From a virus (lineage: Duplodnaviria; Caudoviricetes), in the IMG/VR virus record IMGVR_UViG_3300027672_001250, positions 1-53,250 of that record: a stretch of 53,250 nucleotides of DNA; one strand, given 5' to 3'. Below the pieces are notes generated by a model. That model was not told the DNA's origin. It saw only the letters and a program-made list of their open reading frames with translations, and made no database searches. Made by a program: the position numbers and the translations under genes. Positions within the stretch are counted from its first letter, which is position 1. Every line of letters begins with the position of its first letter. Below are positions 27,304 to 36,460 of the stretch, one piece after another.

Positions 27304-27324
27304 ATAATATAATAAGGAGAATAA

Positions 27325-28914
27325 ATGAAAAACGTAGTACACAAATTAGTCGCAGTAGTAGCATTATCAACAATGTTATCGACTAATACACACGCTGAAG
27401 ACTCGAGCTACATTGAAGAGATAGTAGTTGTAGGATCAGTAAATCAAGTAGACACTACTGATGTAACAGACGACATGGCAATAATCGAATTGGTTATGCC
27501 GGCAATGTCTTTCAGTGCAGGTGGTTATGGCGGCTTTGCTGGTTATAGCGAACGTGGTACCCAAACTACACATACAACAGTGTATAAAAATGGCGTACCT
27601 GCAAATGATTCCGGCTCAGGTTGGTATGACTTTGCACATGATATTGTCAGCGGACTCGAAACAGTTAATATTGTTTCTGGACCTAACAGTGTTCTGTATG
27701 GCTCTGGTAGCCTAGGTGGAACAGTGTTTATCAATGATACAATCGAAGACCAAGCAGTTGTTAGACTGGGAGAGAGTCATCAATTAATAAATGTAGCAAT
27801 ACTTGACACTATAAGTATTACATCATTTGATGTATCTAACGACAGTGTGCGTAACGATAATACCGAAAGAGATGACTATAAAAATACATCTATTAAGACT
27901 GTGAAAGAACTACTTGGATTTACAGTAGCAATGTCGCATGTTGATTACGACTATGATTATGATAACTGTTACACATCATCTTTTGCACAGTCAAATGATT
28001 GTTTGCAATCGGGTAACAAAACTGATATTAGTATTAGAAACGAAAATGTAACATTAGGTTATAGCGACACATCAAGCGAATACTTCACCGAAGGTGTAAG
28101 CACATATTCTAGTGATGCAGATCGTATTTACTTTGATGCTAGAGATACGTTTACAATTAATACAGTAACAAATATTGTTACGGGTATTACATATAATAAA
28201 GAAAACTACATTGGCGAATCGCAAGATGAGGTCAGTGGATACGCTGTTGTGACATATAACGATAATCTACAGTTTGGTACTCGTGTAAGCGAAGATGCTA
28301 GAGTGTACAGATTAGGGTATGACGGCGGCAATGGTTTCTTTGCTAACATTAGTACAAGTTATCGTAACCCTACATTATATCAACAGTACGGAGACTCATG
28401 GGTGCAACCAAATCTAGGTTTAGATCCTGAAGAAGGATTAGGTTTTGAAATTGGGTACTTAGGTCTTTCATACTTTGCATATGACTTTGAAGAAAACATT
28501 GACTACGACGGAAGTTCTAGACAGTATGTTAACACAGGTGAATATGAAACTAAAGGTATTAGGTACATGGATATGTATGCTGTGCCATATGGTAGTTTGA
28601 ATGTGATGGTTGGATACACAGATACTGATCAACCTAGAGTACCTAAGTACAAAGGTCGTGTTTCATACTTTGCAAGTTTTGGCGAGACAACTGCTGAACT
28701 AAGTTATACAGCACAGTTTGACAGAGACCCTGGACCGTACGATGGACCATCGTTGGCTGATATCAAGTCAATTGACTTTGTGATGAGAAAGCAACTATCT
28801 GATAAACTTGGATTAGCATTCACAGTACAAGATGTACTAGATGATGTTGTCGAAGTATTACCTGGATATGACGCAGGAGGACGTAAGTTCTTCTTGACAT
28901 TAACCTACAAGTAG
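27325..28914 (+). CDS. TonB-dependent outer-membrane receptor (compact, BtuB-like)
   Basis: Signal peptide; TonB box IEEIVVVG; plug motifs RG, VYKNGVP, VNIVSGPNSVLYGSGSLGGTVFI; YRNPTLYQ, LDPEEG; C-terminal GRKFFLTLTYK. Confidence 0.92.
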   Translation: MKNVVHKLVAVVALSTMLSTNTHAEDSSYIEEIVVVGSVNQVDTTDVTDDMAIIELVMPAMSFSAGGYGGFAGYSERGTQTTHTTVYKNGVPANDSGSGWYDFAHDIVSGLETVNIVSGPNSVLYGSGSLGGTVFINDTIEDQAVVRLGESHQLINVAILDTISITSFDVSNDSVRNDNTERDDYKNTSIKTVKELLGFTVAMSHVDYDYDYDNCYTSSFAQSNDCLQSGNKTDISIRNENVTLGYSDTSSEYFTEGVSTYSSDADRIYFDARDTFTINTVTNIVTGITYNKENYIGESQDEVSGYAVVTYNDNLQFGTRVSEDARVYRLGYDGGNGFFANISTSYRNPTLYQQYGDSWVQPNLGLDPEEGLGFEIGYLGLSYFAYDFEENIDYDGSSRQYVNTGEYETKGIRYMDMYAVPYGSLNVMVGYTDTDQPRVPKYKGRVSYFASFGETTAELSYTAQFDRDPGPYDGPSLADIKSIDFVMRKQLSDKLGLAFTVQDVLDDVVEVLPGYDAGGRKFFLTLTYK

Positions 28915-28922
28915 ACTATAAT
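28894..28922 (+). promoter_or_regulatory. Consensus sigma70 promoter, 5 nt before the uvsW ATG
   Basis: TTGACA-17nt-TATAAT-AGCGT-ATG, no SD. Confidence 0.8.
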
Positions 28923-28927
28923 AGCGT

Positions 28928-30385
28928 ATGCCTAAAGTAACTTTAGAAATAAGAGATGAAGTAAACGTTAAGTTCGTAGGACTTGACGTAAAGACTCGCA
29001 GAAAAATATCTGATGCAGCCAAGTATTTTCTACCCTATGCATTTCATATGCCGGCCTACAAGTTAGGTCGTTGGGATGGTTGTGTAAGATTCTGTGATGT
29101 CGGCGGAAGAACGTATCTAAATTTGCTTGATCGTTTATTGCCACTAGTAACCGAAGCAGGTTATGAAGTAGTAGTAGACGATCAAAGGCAACCTATCCAA
29201 TTATCATTTGATAATGTAACTGAAACTGATTACGAAGATACAGCATGGCCTAAGAACCATCCAGCAGAAGGCATGCCAGTTATACTTCGAGATTATCAAG
29301 TAACAGTTATTAATAAGTTCTTACAAAATCCACAGTGCTTACAACAAGTAGCAACAGGAGCAGGTAAGACACTTATTACAGCCGTACTAAGTCACAAGTG
29401 TGAGAAGTACGGACGCACAATCGTAATCGTACCAAACAAAGACTTGGTAGTGCAGACAGAAAGAGATTACAAAAATTTAGGGTTAGACTGCGGCGTACTA
29501 TTTGGAGATAGAAAAGAGTATACCAAGACCCACACTATTTGTACTTGGCAAAGTTTATCCATGCTATCTAAGAAGTCAAAGAAAGGTGAAGCACCTATTG
29601 ACATTGAACAGTTCTTAGATGGAGTAGTATGTGTAATGGTAGACGAAGTACACAAAGCAAAAGCAGACGTGCTTAGAGACCTTCTAAGCAGTGTGTTCTC
29701 TAACGTACCTGTACGTTGGGGACTAACAGGAACCATACCCAAAGACGAACACGAAGCAGTAGCATGTACATGCTGTCTAGGCCCTGTTGTAAGCGAACTA
29801 AGCAGTAAAGAATTACAAGACATGGGTGTACTAGCAGACTTAGACATAGATATATTTCAATTACAAGACGGCACCTTAGGCTTCCAAGGATATGCCCAAG
29901 AGTTAAAATGGCTTGTAACAGACCCACAGCGAATAGATCAAATTAGTTCTATCATTAACGGACTTGCAGTAAACGGCAATACACTAGTGTTGATTGACCG
30001 TATTGCAACAGGAGAAATGTTAGCAGAAAGAAATCCTGATTGGGCATTTGTTAGTGGCAGGATGAAGACCACAGATAGACAAAACGAGTATGCAGAAGTT
30101 TCGGAGATGGATAACAAGGTAATTGTTGCTACATATGGCGTAGCATCAGTGGGTATTAACATACCTAGAATTTTTAACTTAGTTCTTTTAGAACCAGGCA
30201 AAAGTTTTGTAAGGGTAATACAAAGTATTGGTAGAGGAATTCGTAAGGCAGAAGATAAAGATTATCTGAAAGTGATTGACTTATCGAGTAATCTAAAGTA
30301 TAGTAAGAGACACTTAACAAAAAGAAAGCAGTTTTATGCAGAACAACAATTTAGGTACAATGTAACCAAGGTAGAATACAAATGA
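28928..30385 (+). CDS. uvsW: SF2 DNA helicase (UvsW-like)
   Basis: LRDYQ, ATGAGKT, VDEVH, GLTGT, SVGINIP, QSIGRGIR. Confidence 0.93.
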   Translation: MPKVTLEIRDEVNVKFVGLDVKTRRKISDAAKYFLPYAFHMPAYKLGRWDGCVRFCDVGGRTYLNLLDRLLPLVTEAGYEVVVDDQRQPIQLSFDNVTETDYEDTAWPKNHPAEGMPVILRDYQVTVINKFLQNPQCLQQVATGAGKTLITAVLSHKCEKYGRTIVIVPNKDLVVQTERDYKNLGLDCGVLFGDRKEYTKTHTICTWQSLSMLSKKSKKGEAPIDIEQFLDGVVCVMVDEVHKAKADVLRDLLSSVFSNVPVRWGLTGTIPKDEHEAVACTCCLGPVVSELSSKELQDMGVLADLDIDIFQLQDGTLGFQGYAQELKWLVTDPQRIDQISSIINGLAVNGNTLVLIDRIATGEMLAERNPDWAFVSGRMKTTDRQNEYAEVSEMDNKVIVATYGVASVGINIPRIFNLVLLEPGKSFVRVIQSIGRGIRKAEDKDYLKVIDLSSNLKYSKRHLTKRKQFYAEQQFRYNVTKVEYK

Positions 30386-30879
30386 AAATATTAACAGTTG
30401 AGAATGACGTTTACGAATTAGATACAGTACCGGATGAAATTGATGACTTGCGTTATTGCGTGTTTGATACTAGCGATCCTGACTACAAAGACTACTTTTT
30501 CCTACCCCTTATATTCTTAGAGAGCTTTCATGCTCCAGCAATATGTTTACAAATAGGCGAATTTAAATTACAGATGCCTATGGATTGGAGCATTCTAACT
30601 ACAGACACTACGTTTGGCAGTTTAGAAGTTATTCCACTAGCAAGTCTAAACAATAGAGGCTTTGTTACGCCAGTGTTCAACCCGATGCGTAACGGCATTC
30701 CTGACACTGAAGAAATACAGATTACTAACGTATACCAAGATGTCAAATGGTATTTCCCAAGACTTAAGAATGGACATATATTGGTAATTCCTTTAGAAGA
30801 TAAAAAGGAACCTAAATGTGCAATGTTTGTTAAAGAAGCAAACAAGATTAAAGATATAGAATTTGGAGAACTATTATGA
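30382..30879 (+). CDS. Hypothetical protein
   Basis: 165 aa, coupled to uvsW (ATGA overlap). Confidence 0.8.
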   Translation: MKILTVENDVYELDTVPDEIDDLRYCVFDTSDPDYKDYFFLPLIFLESFHAPAICLQIGEFKLQMPMDWSILTTDTTFGSLEVIPLASLNNRGFVTPVFNPMRNGIPDTEEIQITNVYQDVKWYFPRLKNGHILVIPLEDKKEPKCAMFVKEANKIKDIEFGELL

Positions 30880-31667
30880 GTAAAAGATATTTTAGAATTA
30901 ACACCGGTCGTTATGGCGGTGAATTAGCAATTGGCAGTGTTAGCAAAGAGTTTGTTGATTACTGGAAGCCAAAAGTTGCAGAAGATGGCGATAGCGATCT
31001 TATTGGACACTTACAAGGCATCGAATGGGATGACGAAGACATGATGGATTCGGAATCACCTAAGCCTAATGAAGAGTATTACTGCTGGAATGAAACCGAT
31101 GACTTAGAACATGCTAATGGTCCTTTTGCAGATAATGATTTCCTTGTTAATGAAATTACATTACATGAAGATGCTACTTACGAAGATGGAATAATACAGT
31201 GGAAAGAAGATGTTGACCACGACTACAGCACAATGATGTTTGAAGAACTAAACGAAGGCGAGTACTTTCCCTACACATCATGTATTTACAGTAGAGAATG
31301 TCACAGTGGTGATGCTGATGCAGAAAAAGAAGAAGATTATCAACCAGCATTATTTTTCTTTAGTTCAGAGAAAGGTGAATTTGGTGGAGTGTGTGTTGAA
31401 ACCAATGGCGAAGATTTTGACCCAGAATTATTACAAACAGGACAACTTGAATGTGATATGGGTGAGATAATTGAGTCATATTGGTATGATCGTAAACCTT
31501 TACAAGTTGACTTTGATTATTCGGAATCAACTGGCAAAGGTTATTATGCAGGTGTTGGCTATGTTAACACTAAGTGGCATGATGTTGCAGAGAAATATGT
31601 CAGCTATGATATGGAAGAAACTGAGATTGTAAAAGAAGCATTTGACGATTTATACGAAGATAGATAG
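30876..31667 (+). CDS. Highly acidic hypothetical protein
   Basis: 263 aa, D/E/Y-rich; GGAG RBS. Confidence 0.8.
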   Translation: MSKRYFRINTGRYGGELAIGSVSKEFVDYWKPKVAEDGDSDLIGHLQGIEWDDEDMMDSESPKPNEEYYCWNETDDLEHANGPFADNDFLVNEITLHEDATYEDGIIQWKEDVDHDYSTMMFEELNEGEYFPYTSCIYSRECHSGDADAEKEEDYQPALFFFSSEKGEFGGVCVETNGEDFDPELLQTGQLECDMGEIIESYWYDRKPLQVDFDYSESTGKGYYAGVGYVNTKWHDVAEKYVSYDMEETEIVKEAFDDLYEDR

Positions 31668-31741
31668 TAACCAGGAAATAATGTATGCAGTAACTATAAA
31701 CTGTAAATACATGATACACAATATAACAGGAGATAGAATAT

Positions 31742-32848
31742 ATGTCTTATCAATTTACTAGCGAAAGTGTTAGCGAAGGACACCCAGATAAAATTGCTGA
31801 TTTAATTTCAGATACTATTGCTAACGCAATCATTGATGGCAATATAAATCACAGAGCGGCAGTAGAGACTTTAGTAACCACTAATAGTGTTATTGTTGCA
31901 GGCGAGTATAAAAGAGATATTCCGATAGATGACGACACCGTTGAATCTATAGTTCGACAAGTAGTTAAAAATATTGGCTACGAGCAAGACGGTTTCCATT
32001 GGGCTAACCTAACAGTAGTAAACAAACTACATGGTCAAAGTGCAGATATTGCGTTAGGTACAGATGAGTTTGGTGCAGGCGACCAAGGACTTATGTTTGG
32101 CTATGCTTGTGACGAAACACCAGACTTAATGCCTAGTGCAATTTATTACAGTCACCGTATTCTAAAAAGACTAGCAGCAGAAAGACGTGGGTCTGATGGG
32201 GAATGGATTGGACCAGACAGTAAATCACAGGTAACAATGCAATACGATAGTATCGGTAAGCCAGTTGGTATTAAGACTATTGTATGCAGTACTCAACACA
32301 GCGATGACGTAAGTACACAAATGGTGCGTGATAGAGTTGAGCAAATTATTACAGATGAATTAAGTGACCAAACCCTTTTGAACACTGAGTTTTTGATTAA
32401 CCCTACAGGCAGATTTGTTATAGGTGGACCAGACGGAGACACAGGACTCACAGGACGTAAGATTATTGTAGATACATATGGCGGCTATGCTCCACATGGT
32501 GGCGGAGCCTTTAGTGGTAAAGATTGTACTAAAGTAGATAGAAGTGCGGCTTATATGGCACGTTACTTAGCAAAGAATATAGTAGGCTCAGGCAAAGCAA
32601 GTAACTGTACAGTACAACTAAGCTATGCAATCGGTGTAGTTGAACCTACTAGTGTTTATGTTTATGCAGACGGCAAAGTTAGAGAAGACTTAGTTGCAGA
32701 AATTATAAGTCTTGTTGATCTAACACCAAAAGGTATTATTGATAAGTTTGGATTGTTTAATATGGACTTAACAAAAACTACTAACTACGGACACTTTGGC
32801 AAACCAGATCTACCATGGGAGCAATTAGATCTTTATGGACCTAAATAA
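31742..32848 (+). CDS. metK: S-adenosylmethionine synthetase
   Basis: FTSESVSEGHPDK, GAGDQGLMFGYA, GGPDGDTGLTGRKIIVDTYGG, GGGAFSGKD.TKVDRS. Confidence 0.98.
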   Translation: MSYQFTSESVSEGHPDKIADLISDTIANAIIDGNINHRAAVETLVTTNSVIVAGEYKRDIPIDDDTVESIVRQVVKNIGYEQDGFHWANLTVVNKLHGQSADIALGTDEFGAGDQGLMFGYACDETPDLMPSAIYYSHRILKRLAAERRGSDGEWIGPDSKSQVTMQYDSIGKPVGIKTIVCSTQHSDDVSTQMVRDRVEQIITDELSDQTLLNTEFLINPTGRFVIGGPDGDTGLTGRKIIVDTYGGYAPHGGGAFSGKDCTKVDRSAAYMARYLAKNIVGSGKASNCTVQLSYAIGVVEPTSVYVYADGKVREDLVAEIISLVDLTPKGIIDKFGLFNMDLTKTTNYGHFGKPDLPWEQLDLYGPK

Positions 32849-33365
32849 AATACTTCGTACCGTACCTGACTTCCCAATTAAGGGAGTTATGTTCAAAGAC
32901 ATATCGAGCATACTAGAAGACCCAAAAGCGTTTAAGTACACTGTGGATAAGATGGTTGCGTATTGCAGAAGTATCAAAACAACACAAATTGTTGCACCAG
33001 ATGCTAGAGGATTTATATGGGGAGCTCCTGTTGCACTAGCATTAGGTATCCCTTTGCACATAGTTCGCAAACCAGGTAAATTACCGGGCAGAGTAAAGAC
33101 GTATTCGTATATATTAGAGTACGGTAGCGAAACACTTGAAATGTTAGACAGTGTTAAGTTTGGATTCACTGATAGAATTTGCATCATAGATGACGTAAGT
33201 GCTACAGGTGGAACTGCTAATGCTATGGTAGAGTTGATTAAACAAGCAGGCGGGTATGATATAAATTATGCCTGTGTAATAGACTTGACTTTCCTAGAAG
33301 GAACTGCTAAACTAACAGACTATTGCAACATAAACACATTTAGTGTCCTGGAAGTAAACGAATGA
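32835..33365 (+). CDS. apt: Adenine phosphoribosyltransferase
   Basis: PDFPIKGVMFKDI, DARGFI, RKPGKLP, LEYG, IIDDVSATGGT (PRPP motif). Confidence 0.95.
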   Translation: MDLNKILRTVPDFPIKGVMFKDISSILEDPKAFKYTVDKMVAYCRSIKTTQIVAPDARGFIWGAPVALALGIPLHIVRKPGKLPGRVKTYSYILEYGSETLEMLDSVKFGFTDRICIIDDVSATGGTANAMVELIKQAGGYDINYACVIDLTFLEGTAKLTDYCNINTFSVLEVNE

Positions 33366-33892
33366 AAGATTTGATATTAATTGCACTTGAAAGTGAAGCA
33401 CCTACTATGGCTAAGTGGGATAATGTATTCTTTACAGGTGTTGGTAAAATTAATGCGGCACTAACCGCGGCAAGACTTATTGAAAAACACAATCCACAAA
33501 CTGTATGGAATTTTGGTACAGCAGGTGGCATTAAGTTAGATAACGGTTGTCATGAGATGGTAAACTTTGTTGAACGAGATAAAGGGAAATGCCCGGAAGC
33601 AATCGAATTATTTTTACCAAAAGATCCTATTACTATTTCTCTTGGAGTTGGATATACATGCAGTACAGGAGACAACTTTGTTACAGATCCTAACTTAGAA
33701 CACCCAGCCCATGTTGTGGATATGGAAGCATTTGCAATTGCTAAAGCCTGTACTAACAGGAAGGTTAACTTTAAATGCTTTAAGTATGTAAGTGACAGTG
33801 CAGATGAGTCTGCAGATACTACTTGGTTAGAGAACGTTGCAAAGGGCGAAGAACATTATATTAATGTCTACAAGGAACATACAGATGGCTAA
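33362..33892 (+). CDS. mtnN: 5'-methylthioadenosine/S-adenosylhomocysteine nucleosidase-like (PNP/UDP family)
   Basis: ALESE, TGVGKINAA, NFGTAGG, STGDNFV, VDMEAFAIA, KYVSDSAD. Confidence 0.85.
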   Translation: MKDLILIALESEAPTMAKWDNVFFTGVGKINAALTAARLIEKHNPQTVWNFGTAGGIKLDNGCHEMVNFVERDKGKCPEAIELFLPKDPITISLGVGYTCSTGDNFVTDPNLEHPAHVVDMEAFAIAKACTNRKVNFKCFKYVSDSADESADTTWLENVAKGEEHYINVYKEHTDG

Positions 33893-34355
33893 AAAGGCAC
33901 CAGCAATACCGCTAAAGGATATTATGGCCGCACTTGATAAACGTGACAAGGGATATTACAATAGATTAACAGCAGAACAAAAGAAAGCATTTAGCTCATG
34001 GATGATGATGCGTTATGCAAGTAGCGTACAAGGCAAGGATGCCGCTCACTACATTTATATGACTAACGAACTTGTTAATAGAGATTACAGCGAAGTTAGT
34101 AGACATCCAGAACTACAATGGTTATTGCTAAGTGCATGTGGTGTTGGTAAAATACAGTTTCATCCTTATCTAAAGCCGCCAAATGCTAAGAAGAAAAAAG
34201 ATAAGGTAAGCGAATTTATTAGTAGTATACATCCTCACATGAAAAGTGAAGAAGTAGCATTGTTACAAGAAATAAATTCAAAAGACGAATTAAAAGACTA
34301 CGCAAGGTCACACGGATACGATGACAAATCAATTAAAGACATCTTCGGAAAATAA
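33885..34355 (+). CDS. Hypothetical protein, possibly clamp-loader small subunit-like (T4 gp62-like)
   Basis: ATG 33885 follows AGGA. FSSWMMMRYAS..NE..N..HPELQW is weakly reminiscent of gp62; the function is tentative. Confidence 0.45.
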   Translation: MAKKAPAIPLKDIMAALDKRDKGYYNRLTAEQKKAFSSWMMMRYASSVQGKDAAHYIYMTNELVNRDYSEVSRHPELQWLLLSACGVGKIQFHPYLKPPNAKKKKDKVSEFISSIHPHMKSEEVALLQEINSKDELKDYARSHGYDDKSIKDIFGK

Positions 34356-35022
34356 TACTTGCCGGTGGTGCGGTAAGAACTTTAAGAGTGAACGCACTCT
34401 TATAGTTCATATGTGTGTTAAAAAGCGTCGAAATGCTGATAAAGAAATGACGCATGTAAGACTTGGGTACAGAGTTTTCCAAATGTTTTATGAGCTGAGT
34501 ACTACTTCTAGTAAAACTAAAAGCATAGAAGAATTTATCAATAGCCAATACTACGAAGGCTTTGTAAAGTTTGGCAGAAGTTGCATACGCAATGAATATT
34601 TAGACCCAGAAAAGTTTGCAGAGTGGTTAATTAAAGAAGGTAAGAAATTAAAAGACTGGGCAAGTGATGCAGTCTATGATGAATACTTACTAGGGTATGT
34701 AAAAAAAGAAAGTGGTATGAGAGCATTAGAACGTAACATAATGTACTTGGATAAATGGGCAGAAGAACACGAATGTGTTTGGCAAACATACTTTGCTGAA
34801 GTAAGTCCAAATAGAGCAGTGCATGATATAAGAAGTGCAAAAATATCACCGTGGTTGTTGTACTTGTCAGGCACAGGTGACCAACTGCTAACTAGATTCA
34901 ATGATGAACAAGTAGTAATGATTGAACACATAATTGATGCACCTTTTTGGATGCAACTGTTTAAGAATAATAGAGAAGAAGTAAAAGAAATTCAACAAAC
35001 TTGCCAAGCAGCAGGAATTTAA
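34321..35022 (+). CDS. Protein with N-terminal C2H2/C2HC zinc finger
   Basis: CRWCGKNFKSERTLIVHMC. Confidence 0.75.
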   Translation: MTNQLKTSSENNTCRWCGKNFKSERTLIVHMCVKKRRNADKEMTHVRLGYRVFQMFYELSTTSSKTKSIEEFINSQYYEGFVKFGRSCIRNEYLDPEKFAEWLIKEGKKLKDWASDAVYDEYLLGYVKKESGMRALERNIMYLDKWAEEHECVWQTYFAEVSPNRAVHDIRSAKISPWLLYLSGTGDQLLTRFNDEQVVMIEHIIDAPFWMQLFKNNREEVKEIQQTCQAAGI

Positions 35023-35035
35023 CCAAAGGAATGAA

Positions 35036-35719
35036 ATGAAAGCAAATATAGTTAGTTACAGTCAAGCACCAGCACTAACAGGTGCTGACCCTAGTCTATT
35101 AGACTTAGTAGCATATTGTGCAAGAGTAAGTAACCCAGATAATCAAAACAACACAGACACAAATGAAAAACTTGTTAAGTATTTGATGAAACACAAACAT
35201 TGGTCGCCACTCGAAATGGTAAGTGTTTGTATCGAAGTAGAAACTACCAGAGACATCGCTAGGCAATTACTAAGACATAGAAGTTTTAGTTTCCAGGAGT
35301 TTAGTCAACGTTACGCAGACCCTGTCAAAGAGTTAGAAATGATTCCGCGTGAAGCACGACTACAAGATACCAAGAATCGACAAAACAGTATTGCAATTGA
35401 TATGCTAGATGAAGACCAACGACGTATCCGTGAAGAATGGAATATGAAACAAATGAAGCATATTCGAGATACTGAACAACTTTATAATTGGGCTATTAAG
35501 AAAGGTATTGCAAAAGAGCAAGCTAGAGTAGTACTACCAGAAGGAAACACTGTAAGCAGACTGTATGCTAACGGTACTCTCCGTAGTTGGATTCACTATA
35601 TTGAACTTCGTAGTGCTAATGGTACACAGTTAGAACACATGGAATTAGCATGGGCAGTAGCAGATGCTATTGTTAAGATATTCCCTATGGCAGAAGAATT
35701 CAAGGGTAACAAAATATAA
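35036..35719 (+). CDS. thyX: Flavin-dependent thymidylate synthase
   Basis: AYCARVS, HWSPLE, RHRSFSFQEFSQRY signature, AKEQARVVLP, LRSWIHYIELR. Confidence 0.97.
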   Translation: MKANIVSYSQAPALTGADPSLLDLVAYCARVSNPDNQNNTDTNEKLVKYLMKHKHWSPLEMVSVCIEVETTRDIARQLLRHRSFSFQEFSQRYADPVKELEMIPREARLQDTKNRQNSIAIDMLDEDQRRIREEWNMKQMKHIRDTEQLYNWAIKKGIAKEQARVVLPEGNTVSRLYANGTLRSWIHYIELRSANGTQLEHMELAWAVADAIVKIFPMAEEFKGNKI

Positions 35720-36369
35720 TGGAAGTACTTGAAGCATTTGGCCCAAGGATTGTAAAATATAATCTTACAGAGTCAGAGACACAAAGTTTATATAATATGT
35801 GTAAACCAAACAGCGATAAGGCTAATGCAAATCTTATAAGTTTTATTAGCGAAGAATACAAAATAGCTAGGCAGTTACGAGAATTAGATGTGTATCAAAC
35901 TATACATCAAAATATGGAATCGTACTTAACGGTTGACTGTGGGCATTACAATAATGCACTATTGCATGGTATAGACACGTTAGAGTTAACTGCTGCGTGG
36001 TATAACAATCAAGTAGACATGGAATACAATCCGCCACATATACATTACCCTGGTGCGGATGTAGTTTGTGTAATATTTCCAAAAATAATACTTGATGATG
36101 ATGCCAAACAGTTTGTTGTGCTTGAGCAGGGTGGTCTTACCGGGTCTCGCAAGGCGCTTGGTCAATTACACTTCCAACACGGTGAGCCAAGTCCCAATGG
36201 ATTTGGAAGAACACAGATAACTGTTCAACCAGAAGAAGGGGAAATGTACATATTTCCTTCTTCTCTTTTACATTATACTAGTCCTATACTAGGAAACAGC
36301 ATAAGATACAGCATTAGTTGTAACTTTAAATTCACAAAACTAGCAATAAAAGCACAATTCCAAATCTAA
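35719..36369 (+). CDS. Putative 2OG-Fe(II) oxygenase
   Basis: AWYN, YNPPHIH, QPEEGEMYIFPSSLLHY, RYSISCN. Confidence 0.8.
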   Translation: MEVLEAFGPRIVKYNLTESETQSLYNMCKPNSDKANANLISFISEEYKIARQLRELDVYQTIHQNMESYLTVDCGHYNNALLHGIDTLELTAAWYNNQVDMEYNPPHIHYPGADVVCVIFPKIILDDDAKQFVVLEQGGLTGSRKALGQLHFQHGEPSPNGFGRTQITVQPEEGEMYIFPSSLLHYTSPILGNSIRYSISCNFKFTKLAIKAQFQI

Positions 36370-36427
36370 GTTACTGATTTTAAAACATAATTTACTTCTT
36401 GACTTTGATACAAATCCACTGTATAAT
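36367..36427 (+). promoter_or_regulatory. IHF-like box plus sigma70 promoter
   Basis: TAAGTTACTGATT (one mismatch to consensus) at 36367-36379; TTGACT-17nt-TATAAT at 36399-36427. Confidence 0.65.
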
Positions 36428-36460
36428 AACTACTGTATTAACATTATAGGTAGGACTATT

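Noticed and set aside
27229-27324. Canonical cobalamin riboswitch
   Set aside because: No recognisable B12-box or GGGAA core, and little room outside the terminator. Kept only as a generic attenuator candidate.
31742-33892. Host chromosomal contamination or prophage boundary at the metabolic genes
   Set aside because: The genes overlap or abut phage genes, share composition, and are flanked by phage core genes; no integrase or att site is visible.
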